The notes: generated by a model not told the origin, from the sequence alone. A stretch of DNA of 40,371 nt from Planctomycetota bacterium (GCA_965223505.1 CBDCWP010000020.1:1-40371), one strand, 5' to 3'. Shown: positions 18,006-25,701, counted from the first letter of the stretch. A program made the numbers and translations.

Positions 18006-20306
18006 GTGAGCGACGCGCCTCGATCTCGATTCCCCACCCCTGCCGTCCTGGTGGCGGGTGCGTCCGGACTGATCATCCTCGTGATCGAGTTCGCGGCCGT
18101 GCGCATGCTGGCGCCGGCGTTCGGACAGTCGAATTACGTCTGGGCCAACGTGATCGGTTGGATCCTCGCCGCGCTGGCCGGCGGCTACTGGGTCGGCGGC
18201 CGCCTCGGCGACCGCAGTGAGCGTCCCACGCCGCTCTTCGTCGCGCACGGCATCGCGGCGCTGTACACGATCGGCGTCGCCTTCCTGGGGCCTTCGGTCT
18301 GCCGCGGTTTGATCCCCGAGGGCGTCGAGAGCGGCGGCGTCTTGCCGTTGGCCTTCGTCGGCAGCTCGATCGCGTCGATTGCCCTGTTCGTCGTGCCGGC
18401 GTTCCTGCTCGGCATGACGAGCCCGTTCTTGATCCGCATGTGGTCGCGCCCGGACGACGCCGGGCGAACGACGGGTTCGATCTACGCGTTCGGCACCCTG
18501 GGAAGTCTGGTCGCGTGCTACTACGCGCCGACGCTGTGGCTGCAGGTCTGGGGCACGCGGCTGACACTGCTCCTGTGTGCGGCGCTGTTGATCGTCATGG
18601 CCGCGGCCGGGGCGGTGTTGCTGCGCGGTCACCGCAAGCCGGACGGGGCGGCGGACGGGGCGGCCACCGTCAGCGGCCGGGTGCCCGTCGGGCTGGTGGG
18701 TGTCGCGCTTCTGGCCGGCGTGGCGATCACGATCGTCGAGTTCGCCGCCGTTCGGTTCATGTCGCCCTGGTTCGGGCAGTCGAACCACATCTGGGCCAAC
18801 GTGATCGGCGTGATCATGCTCGGCATCGCGCAGGGCGCCGCGCTCGGCGGGCGCTTCGCGGACCGCGCGAACAACGGCAACCTCATGTACTGGGGCTTCG
18901 GCGTGGCTGCGATGTGGCTGGCCGTCGTCGCCGTGTTCGGTCCCCGCATGTTCGAGCTGCTGGCGCCCCCGGATCTGCTCAGCACCCAGGTGCTGCCGGT
19001 GGCGCGGTACGGCAGCCTGTTCGCGGCGGCGCTTTGCTTCGGGGTGCCCGTGCTGCTGCTGGGGATGGCGACGCCGTTCCTGGTGCGGCTGGGACGCGAG
19101 CATGCGCCGGTCGGGCGCACCGCGGGCGCGATGCTCGCCTGGGGGACGGTGGGGGGGCTGCTCGGCTGCTTCCTGACGCCGGTCCTGCTCGTGCCCGCCT
19201 TCGGCTCACGCGGCACGCTCGTGCTCGTGGGTCTTGCGATCGCCGTCGTCTCGTTGCAGCAGCTCTTCCGGTCGCGCGCACGGCGTTTCGCGCCGGCTTT
19301 GGCGGGAGCGCTCTCGTGCGCCGGGGTGCTGATCTGGCAGATGACGGGCGCGCCGCCGTTGCGCGTCCACGACGGACAGCTGGCGGAACACGAGTCGCGT
19401 TATCAAACCCTGCGCGTCGTCGAGCGGGAGCTGCCGTTGCTGGTGCCGACGCCGGACCGGCCGCCGGCGATCGGCGGCATGGCGGGCAAGACCCGGACAC
19501 GCTTCCTTCGGCACGACGAGGACGCCGAGACGTACCAGAGCCTCTACCTGCCGCGCCCGCCGAACGAGGCGGTGCTGACGGGGTCGCGCTACTTCGAGCA
19601 CATGGCCGTGGGCGCCCACTTCGTCCCCCGTCGGGAGAGCGGCGAGCTGCGCGTGCTGATCATCGGCTACGCGGGCGGGACGGTGCATCGAACGCTGCGC
19701 GAGATCGTCCCCGACGACGTAGCGCTGTCGGTGCTCGGCGTGGAGATCGATCCGGGCGTGATCACGATCGCGCGTGAGTTCCTAGCGCACCAGGAGCTCG
19801 AGGACGACGGGCTCGAGCTGATCACGGGCGAGGACGCGCGCACGGTGGTGAACGCGCTGCCGGCGTCGCGCACGTTCGACCTGGTGCTCGTGGACGCGTA
19901 CGCGCGCACGAACTACCTGCCGTTCCAGCTCGCATCGAAGGAGTTCTTCGAAAAGGTGCGGTCGCATCTCGCGCCGGACGGGTGGCTGGGGGTGAACGTG
20001 CTCGGCAAGGGCATGGACGGCCTCGTCTCGAAGTCGGTGGCGACGACGATGACCGAGGCGGTGGGGGACACGTTCGTCACGCCGAATCGTTTCTACCCCG
20101 GCAACGTGATCTTGTGGACCTCGCCGGGCAGCGCCGTTGCGCCGCGCGTTCGTCTCGTCGCGCCGATTCACAAGGGCTTGCGCGGCGCCGTGTACGAGGT
20201 CGAGCGACTGACGGTGAGGCACGATCCGAAGAAGGACGGCGGGATCGTGCTCACGGATGATCTGAGCCCGTCGGACCGGATGGCCGACGAGGAGCTGGGG
20301 CTCTGA
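18006..20306 (+). CDS. Fused membrane-domain / spermidine-synthase-like SAM-fold protein
   Basis: Two copies of the module EFAAVR...FGQSN..WANVIG. C-terminal VLIIGYAGG, VEIDP, DAR and FDLVLVDAY. Confidence 0.85.
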   Translation: MSDAPRSRFPTPAVLVAGASGLIILVIEFAAVRMLAPAFGQSNYVWANVIGWILAALAGGYWVGGRLGDRSERPTPLFVAHGIAALYTIGVAFLGPSVCRGLIPEGVESGGVLPLAFVGSSIASIALFVVPAFLLGMTSPFLIRMWSRPDDAGRTTGSIYAFGTLGSLVACYYAPTLWLQVWGTRLTLLLCAALLIVMAAAGAVLLRGHRKPDGAADGAATVSGRVPVGLVGVALLAGVAITIVEFAAVRFMSPWFGQSNHIWANVIGVIMLGIAQGAALGGRFADRANNGNLMYWGFGVAAMWLAVVAVFGPRMFELLAPPDLLSTQVLPVARYGSLFAAALCFGVPVLLLGMATPFLVRLGREHAPVGRTAGAMLAWGTVGGLLGCFLTPVLLVPAFGSRGTLVLVGLAIAVVSLQQLFRSRARRFAPALAGALSCAGVLIWQMTGAPPLRVHDGQLAEHESRYQTLRVVERELPLLVPTPDRPPAIGGMAGKTRTRFLRHDEDAETYQSLYLPRPPNEAVLTGSRYFEHMAVGAHFVPRRESGELRVLIIGYAGGTVHRTLREIVPDDVALSVLGVEIDPGVITIAREFLAHQELEDDGLELITGEDARTVVNALPASRTFDLVLVDAYARTNYLPFQLASKEFFEKVRSHLAPDGWLGVNVLGKGMDGLVSKSVATTMTEAVGDTFVTPNRFYPGNVILWTSPGSAVAPRVRLVAPIHKGLRGAVYEVERLTVRHDPKKDGGIVLTDDLSPSDRMADEELGL

Positions 20307-20965
20307 TGCGGACACTCGTGATCATCGGCGTGTTGCTCGTCTCGGTCGCAGGCGCCGAACGTGCCTGGGCGCGCGAACCCAGTCCGGCGGTACGCACTTC
20401 GATGGAGCTGGCGGTGCTCGAGGGGCGTGCACGCGACGTTGCGACGATTCGCAAGGCCGCGAAGGCGGACGGCCCGCTCGGCTTGTGGCCGCAGGCGGTC
20501 TTGGACCTGTGGTGGCGCCCGGATCCGTCCGTTCAGAAGACATACGAGGCGCTGGTGGGGGGGGACGTGAACGGCTTGATGGGGGAGCGATATCGCTGGT
20601 TGTTCGCCGCCCCACCGCGCGGCGACTACCCGATGCCCACTGACGGCGCGACGGATCCGTATCCTGTGTTGTCGGCGTTGATCCTCGATCGCGTCCATCG
20701 GGACCGCATCGGGTTGGCCGGGTTGCCCGAGAGGAGTCCCCTCAACGAGCACCGGGAACATCCCAACGAGCGGGTTGCGTGGTTCGCCAACGCGGCCGAG
20801 AACGACATGGCGCGGACGTACTACGGCGGGTTGCCGCCGCGGACCGAGGACGTCCAGCTGCAGGAGAAGGCGGACGAGCTCGAGTTCCGCAACGGCCTGC
20901 TGGCGCTTGCGATGGTGCTCTTGCTGGTGCTCGTACCCATTTGGATCGGGCGGAAGTTCGAGTAA
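20306..20965 (+). CDS. Hypothetical exported protein with C-terminal membrane anchor
   Basis: TGATG overlap, signal peptide (..ERAWA) and C-terminal LLALAMVLLLVLVPIWIGRK. Confidence 0.7.
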   Translation: MRTLVIIGVLLVSVAGAERAWAREPSPAVRTSMELAVLEGRARDVATIRKAAKADGPLGLWPQAVLDLWWRPDPSVQKTYEALVGGDVNGLMGERYRWLFAAPPRGDYPMPTDGATDPYPVLSALILDRVHRDRIGLAGLPERSPLNEHREHPNERVAWFANAAENDMARTYYGGLPPRTEDVQLQEKADELEFRNGLLALAMVLLLVLVPIWIGRKFE

Positions 20966-20978
20966 CGGGTGATTGGAC

Positions 20979-20986
20979 GTAAGAAA
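20979..20986. repeat. Target-site duplication, left copy (GTAAGAAA)
   Basis: Identical 8-mer at 23313-23320; each copy abuts a terminal inverted repeat. Confidence 0.9.
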
Positions 20987-21096
20987 GGTGCTGGGTTACT
21001 TTGAATTGGGCCGTTCGACCGACCTGCGCGGCCCGTTTGAAGGGCCGCGATGAGCAAGACTACGCATCTCCGTGGTCGCCATGGTTCAATGGCGGC

Positions 21097-21354
21097 ATGC
21101 CTAAACGGTCAAGCAAGAAACAGGCCGCCCGCAAGCGCGAGGATACCAACCAAGCCGCTGCGCGGATCGTCCGCCAGACCACTGGCCAGCAGAAGCCCGC
21201 AGACGAGGGGAAGAACCCCGCTGCGGTCGCGCTTGGCCGTCTGGGCGGGCAGAAGGGCGGACCAGCCCGCGCCAAGAGCCTGTCTGCGGCTCGCCGTAAG
21301 GCCATTGCTAAGAAGGCTGCGCAGGCTCGATGGGGGAAGCGCAAGTCAAAGTGA
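21097..21354 (+). CDS. Small highly basic protein (85 aa) with KGG-like motif, likely nucleic-acid binding
   Basis: MPKRSSKK...DTNQAAARIV...KNPAAVALGRLGGQKGGPARAKSLS...IAKKAAQARW. From recall, it resembles small proteins found beside this transposase type. Confidence 0.8.
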   Translation: MPKRSSKKQAARKREDTNQAAARIVRQTTGQQKPADEGKNPAAVALGRLGGQKGGPARAKSLSAARRKAIAKKAAQARWGKRKSK

Positions 21355-21417
21355 TCCCACGGGCCACGATTTGCCGACAGGGTGGATATACTTCCGGGCC
21401 CACCTTGGAGATAGAGC

Positions 21418-21732
21418 GTGCCTGACGAACAGAAGGCAGAGAAGCAAGTCCCGATTAAGTGGGACATCCCCGATGACGAGGGGCCGGTCCACATCTCAAA
21501 CATGCTTGTGCAGCATACGGACCACGAATTCCTCGTCCGCTTTTTCCAGGTTTACCCACCTCTCTTACTCGGAACCGACGAGGAGAAAGAGGAGCAGGCC
21601 AAAGAGATCAAGCATGTCGAGGCTCGCTGCGTTGGGCAGTACGTTCTGGCGCCTGAGCGCATTCAGAAGTTCATTGACGCGCTCACCACGAATCTTGGCC
21701 GCTGGAACGCAAAGCAAAAGCAGGGGGACTAG
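21418..21732 (+). CDS. DUF3467-like small protein
   Basis: GGAG RBS and GTG start. The pattern PVHISNMLVQHTDHEFLVRFFQ...VGQYVLAPERIQKFIDAL resembles DUF3467 (recognised by eye). Confidence 0.65.
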   Translation: MPDEQKAEKQVPIKWDIPDDEGPVHISNMLVQHTDHEFLVRFFQVYPPLLLGTDEEKEEQAKEIKHVEARCVGQYVLAPERIQKFIDALTTNLGRWNAKQKQGD

Positions 21733-21734
21733 AA

Positions 21735-22004
21735 GTGAACATTGTCGCAGATCCGAAGTCCATCATAGAGGCCGACTCGTCCCTAAGGATCGACCTCGCG
21801 CCGATTGCAGCTTCCACCTTCTTGATCTCAACCGGGGCGGGCGACGTGGATAGTGCGGACAACCAAGGGCCGACACACGAAGAGCTGATTGAGATGGCCC
21901 GCGAGTATCCGGCGCTCTCGGATACGGAGATTGACGAACTCTGGGAACTGACGTCGAGGTTCGACGAAACCCGCGCCCGTGCTGAGGCTGACCCGGATTT
22001 TTAA
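21735..22004 (+). CDS. Small acidic protein, candidate antitoxin
   Basis: 89 aa with an Asp/Glu-rich helical C-terminal half. Starts 2 nt after the upstream stop and ends 9 nt before the toxin-like gene. Confidence 0.55.
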   Translation: MNIVADPKSIIEADSSLRIDLAPIAASTFLISTGAGDVDSADNQGPTHEELIEMAREYPALSDTEIDELWELTSRFDETRARAEADPDF

Positions 22005-22013
22005 GCGGCCACT

Positions 22014-22379
22014 ATGCTTGAAGAGGCTCCGTTCTTCCCCATGCGAGCCTTCTGGGCGTTAGCAGGTGCCAAGAAGCGCTTGGTGATCGTTCTTGCGCCC
22101 AAGAAGCCGGGCGGCGCGCATCCAGTCATTTACGGAACTGGTGCTCCGCCTTGGGCGGGCCGACAGTGGGCCGAGAAGTGGCACCTGCTTTTGCATCTTC
22201 GCAAAAACGATATCCCCCAGTTCAGGTTGTCGAAGGACACGTTTCTCTATCTTGAGACAATTCCAACCGGGGGAATCCCAGACGACCCAAGACGGAAGTT
22301 CCGTGGACTTGTGCCAATGGACTTCTGGGTTGATCTACGCAAGATGATTCGCCAGCACATGAACCACAAGCCCCCGTAG
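22014..22379 (+). CDS. Divergent MazF/PemK-like protein (putative endoribonuclease toxin)
   Basis: Order and spacing of RAFWA, KKRLVIVL, VIYGT, LSKDTFLYL and KFRGLVPMDFWVDLRKMI parallel the MazF pattern GDIxWV / KxRPxLVL / VVPIT / GLxKDS / IGxLxxxxMxxV. Confidence 0.55.
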   Translation: MLEEAPFFPMRAFWALAGAKKRLVIVLAPKKPGGAHPVIYGTGAPPWAGRQWAEKWHLLLHLRKNDIPQFRLSKDTFLYLETIPTGGIPDDPRRKFRGLVPMDFWVDLRKMIRQHMNHKPP

Positions 22380-22383
22380 CCGC

Positions 22384-22416
22384 TTGACATTGCTTGATCG
22401 CTCAAGCATAATGTCA
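22384..22416 (+). promoter_or_regulatory. Sigma70-type transposase promoter overlapped by a palindromic operator
   Basis: TTGACA (22384-22389), 17-nt spacer, CATAAT (22407-22412), 6 nt, then ATG. TGCTTGA-tcgc-TCAAGCA palindrome (22391-22408). Confidence 0.8.
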
Positions 22417-22418
22417 TT

Positions 22419-23303
22419 ATGAATCGACTAAGCGATAGGCGACGCGCGCAGATTCTGTCGTGTCTCGTGGAAGGCATGAGCATTCGTGCCACGTCGCGGA
22501 TTGCGGGCGCAGCCAAGAACACGATTCAGAAGCTGAGCCGGGACGTGGGGATCGCCTGCGGCCTCTTTCAGCATGAGCGGCTGCGCAATCTGCCTTGCAC
22601 ACACATTCAAGCCGACGAGGCGTGGGCGTTCTGCGGCATGAAGGAGCGCAACGTGCCTCGGGACAAGCAGGGCGTGTTCGGCTATGGCAACGTGTGGGTC
22701 TGGACGGCCCTGTGCATGGACACGAAGATCGTCCCGTCCTGGGTGCTCGGCAACCGCGACCAAGAGGCAGCCATGGCGCTGCTGTGCGACCTACAAAAGC
22801 GGCTGGCCCACCGCATCACATTGAACACGGACGGGCTAAGGGCGTACCACACAGGCGTCGTCGTGGCCTTCGGTGGGGACGTGGACTACGCCCGCGTCGT
22901 CAAGAACTTCAGCACGCCCAACAGACGTTGGAGTGGTGTCGACAACCGTTACTCGCCGCCGATCGTCACCAACGTCAAGCGCGAGCGCGTCTGCGGCAAT
23001 CCCAAGGTGGCCGAGGCCAGCACGTCCTACGTCGAGCGCTTCAACCTGGGGCTCAGGATGGGCATGCGCCGCATGACTCGCCTCACCAACGGCCACAGCC
23101 GCAAGGTCGAGAACTTCGGCTACGCCCTCAACCTGCACTACACGCACTACAACTGGTGCCGCAAGCACGAGAGTCTGAACGGCGCGACACCCGCGATGGC
23201 CAACGGGCTTACCAGTCGCGTCTGGACCACAAAGGACCTGATCGGCCTCCTACCCGCATGGAATAGGGACAAAGAGCCCAAGAAACAGGCGATTTCAAAC
23301 TGA
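22419..23303 (+). CDS. IS1-family DDE transposase (single ORF, N-terminal HTH)
   Basis: HTH LVEGMSIRATSRIAG..KNTI; catalytic IQADE, LNTDG and TSYVERFN..LR..MRR..R. Stop codon lies inside the right inverted repeat. Confidence 0.9.
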   Translation: MNRLSDRRRAQILSCLVEGMSIRATSRIAGAAKNTIQKLSRDVGIACGLFQHERLRNLPCTHIQADEAWAFCGMKERNVPRDKQGVFGYGNVWVWTALCMDTKIVPSWVLGNRDQEAAMALLCDLQKRLAHRITLNTDGLRAYHTGVVVAFGGDVDYARVVKNFSTPNRRWSGVDNRYSPPIVTNVKRERVCGNPKVAEASTSYVERFNLGLRMGMRRMTRLTNGHSRKVENFGYALNLHYTHYNWCRKHESLNGATPAMANGLTSRVWTTKDLIGLLPAWNRDKEPKKQAISN

Positions 23304-23312
23304 CCCAGCACC

Positions 23313-23320
23313 GTAAGAAA
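23313..23320. repeat. Target-site duplication, right copy (GTAAGAAA)
   Basis: Identical to 20979-20986. Confidence 0.9.
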
Positions 23321-23357
23321 CACCATAAGAAACATTATCAGACGTTCTCAGGGGGCT

Positions 23358-23884
23358 GAATCACGGGCGACGCTGGGCGACCATGGGCCCACTCCGACCC
23401 CCGGAAGCCGGTCCGACGGCTTCGCCACCAGCCCCCTGAGTACGTCTGATGAATGTTCTGACGGAGGCACCCGTCGCGATCCGTGCGCCGAATCACGGGC
23501 GACGCTGGGCGACCATGGGCCCACTCCGACCCCCGGAAGCCGGTCCGACGGCTTCGCCACCAGCCCCCTGAGTACGTCTGATGAATGTTCTGACGGAGGC
23601 ACCCGTCGCGATCCGTGCGCCGAGTCACGGGCGACGCTGGGCGACCATGAGCCCACTTCGGCCCCCGCAAAGCGCTCCGACGGCTCCGCCACCAGCCCCC
23701 TGAGTACGTCTGATGAATGTTCTGACGGAGGCACCCGTCGCGATCCGTGCGCCGAATCACGGGTGACGCTGGGCGACCATGGGCCCACTCCGACCCCCGG
23801 AAGCCGGTCCGACGGCTTCGCCACCAGCCCCTGAGTACGTCTGATGAATGTTCTGACGGAGGCACCCGTCGCGATCCGTGTCGC
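23358..23884. repeat. Tandem array, 4 copies of a 132-bp structured unit
   Basis: Copies start at 23358, 23490, 23622 and 23754. Copies 1 and 2 appear identical. Copy 3 has about 9 substitutions in its first half. Copy 4 has one substitution, a 1-nt deletion and a diverged end. Confidence 0.95.
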
Positions 23885-23975
23885 CTCGGGCAGTCTCCGC
23901 TGTCGGCTCCGTACGGGCCGAATCCCGTACATAGCGGGCTACCTATGGGCGGGCGGGAATGCCGATAGCGACTCC

Positions 23976-24422
23976 ATGCCTCGCCGCCGACGCCCGCATC
24001 GAGCCCGCTCCAACCACGACGCCATGGCCATCGGCTGCGTCGTGGCCCTGGTCGTCCTGCTCGCCGTGATGGGCGTCAGCCGCATGCAGGCCGGGACTGA
24101 CAGGCTCCCGGAGGTGACCCTGGCGCCCAGACCGGCCGCGCCCGCCGTCGAGCCGCCGAAACCGGTCGTTCGCAAGCCGGCCGAGCACAGCCGCCTCAAG
24201 GAGCTCCGCAAGGTCATGATCGACGTGCAGCGCACCGCCGAGAGCCTTCGCGTCATGGCCAGAGGGCCCGCCTTCGAGAACACCCGCGTCGACGCGCTCG
24301 CCAAGCTGTCGGAAGCGCGACGGTCACTCGGCGCCTACCTCGACGAGCACCCTGACGACGACCGCGGTCATCGCCTCTGGGACCGCCTGCAAGGGATGTA
24401 CATCACCCTCAAGAAATTCTGA
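23976..24422 (+). CDS. Hypothetical single-pass membrane protein
   Basis: Basic N-terminus, TM (AIGCVVALVVLLAVMGV), Pro-rich linker and helical domain. Confidence 0.65.
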   Translation: MPRRRRPHRARSNHDAMAIGCVVALVVLLAVMGVSRMQAGTDRLPEVTLAPRPAAPAVEPPKPVVRKPAEHSRLKELRKVMIDVQRTAESLRVMARGPAFENTRVDALAKLSEARRSLGAYLDEHPDDDRGHRLWDRLQGMYITLKKF

Positions 24423-24944
24423 CTACGCGCTCGCCTCCTGCAGGAAGTCCGGCATCTCGTCCGCAGACGGGCCGTAGACCGACGGCACGCTGACGTCCAA
24501 CAGACGCAGATACACGCTCAGCTGGCCCCGATGGTGATAGCCGTGGTTGAGCAGGATCCCGCGCAGCAATCCCGCGCGCGGCAACGTCATCATGGGGGTG
24601 TCCCCCATCTTCGCCGTCCACGGCTCCCCCATCTGCTCGTCGCTAAATCCCGAGATGATCTGCTGCGCGGATTCGTTCGCCGCGTCCAACGCACCCAGGA
24701 TCTCGTCCGTGCTCGCCGGCGAAGGCGGCCCGTCGCTGAAGTCCGGCATCTCGACCTCGCTCTGGGTCGCCATCTCGGAGACCACCCGCGCGTTGTTCGC
24801 GATGTGCAGCCCCAGCTGACCCAGGGTCATCGATTTCTCGTGCGGCTTCCAATCCAGCTTGTCCGACGGAATGCGCTCCAGGATGCGACGCGTCGCCGCG
24901 TTCTCCTGCTCCATCTCGTCCAGGAACATCTGTGCCATGCTCAT
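24423..24944 (-). CDS. DinB/YfiT-family protein
   Basis: WKPHEKSMTLGQLGLHIA and NHGYHHRGQLSVYLR His motifs. GGAGAG RBS. Confidence 0.9.
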   Translation of the reverse strand: MSMAQMFLDEMEQENAATRRILERIPSDKLDWKPHEKSMTLGQLGLHIANNARVVSEMATQSEVEMPDFSDGPPSPASTDEILGALDAANESAQQIISGFSDEQMGEPWTAKMGDTPMMTLPRAGLLRGILLNHGYHHRGQLSVYLRLLDVSVPSVYGPSADEMPDFLQEASA

Positions 24945-24991
24945 CGTGTCTCTCCGTACATGGGGTGTAGAGAACCGCTGCGTGCCTCACG

Positions 24992-25592
24992 TCAACGAGC
25001 CTCGAACTGGGTCTGCAAATAGGTCTTGAAGTGCTCGAGGTTCCGGACGATCAACGCGCCGTCCCCCGACGCCTTGCACGCGATCAACGATCCCTGCACC
25101 GTGGCCGTGCAAAGCGCCGACAACGACGCTGTGTCGAGCTCGAGCTCCCGGCTCTCGCACGCGTCGTCGAGAAGCCTCTGGAAGCGCGCCTCCGAATTGA
25201 CGAAGCACGTGTTGGCAGCGGCGCGCAAGGGCAGGTTCGTGCTCGAGACCTCCTGCACCGTGGTCCCCGCAAGACACGACTTCAGCATCTTCGGGTCGCC
25301 CCAGCACCCCCATCAGGAAGTCCACGTAGCCGTACACCTTGGCCAACGGATCGTCGAGCGCGTGATACGGCGCCTGTTCGAACATGTCCCGCGCCATGTC
25401 GTCCCAAGCGCGCAGGCACGCCTCCGCCAACGCCTCCTTGCTCGGGAAGTGATGGAAGAACGCGCCCTTCGTCACGCCCGCCTGATCGCAGATGGCGTCA
25501 ACCGTCGTCGAGGCGTAGCCCGTTCGGCGGAACAGCTCCGTTCCCGCTAGCAGCAGCTTCTGCCTGCCTCGACTCGCTCTTCCCGGCGCCAT
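24992..25592 (-). CDS. TetR/AcrR-family regulator, NemR-like (apparent 1-nt insertion near 25299-25302)
   Basis: HTH GYASTTVDAICDQAGVTKGAFFHHFPSKEAL. Removing one base joins it to DPKMLKSCLAGTTVQE...VQGSLIACK. Confidence 0.85.
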
Positions 25593-25599
25593 GCCCCGT

Positions 25600-25627
25600 A
25601 CAATACCGACCAGTCGGTATGTTTCAA
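25600..25627 (-). promoter_or_regulatory. tetR promoter with palindromic operator
   Basis: ATACCGAC-ca-GTCGGTAT (25603-25620) fills the spacer between TTGAAA (-35) and TATTGT (-10; 16-nt spacer). The -10 ends 7 nt before the ATG. Confidence 0.8.
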
Positions 25628-25701
25628 GCCCCGGGATGACGGCGGAGCGGACTTGGGTCCTTGCTCCTGCCGCGCGACCGCGCGGCGTCAGGGCGCTAGC
25701 C

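Larger units (their letters stand above)
20987..23312 (+). mobile_element. IS1-family element carrying passenger genes (2326 bp)
   Basis: Left end GGTGCTGGGTTACTTTGAATT (20987-21007) and right end reverse complement GGTGCTGGGTCAGTTTGAAAT (23292-23312) match at 18/21. GTAAGAAA flanks both sides. Contains a DDE transposase; visibly less GC-rich than the flanks. Confidence 0.92.

Noticed and set aside
20978..23320. 9-bp target duplication CGTAAGAAA
   Set aside because: The right-hand C (23312) is needed as the terminal base pairing with the left GG end, so 8 bp is the symmetric reading. 9 bp is not strictly excluded.
23446..23500. Hammerhead ribozyme suggested by CTGATGA in each repeat
   Set aside because: No stem II directly after CUGAUGA and no GAAA core strand in the unit.
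23358..23884. CRISPR array
   Set aside because: The 132-bp units have no unique spacers (copies 1 and 2 are identical), and no cas genes are present in the window.
23338..23932. Repeat-protein ORFs (175 and 194 aa, - strand) across the array
   Set aside because: They stay open because the unit is a multiple of 3. Composition is Arg/Ser/Pro-rich, copy 4 shifts frame, and no RBS is evident.
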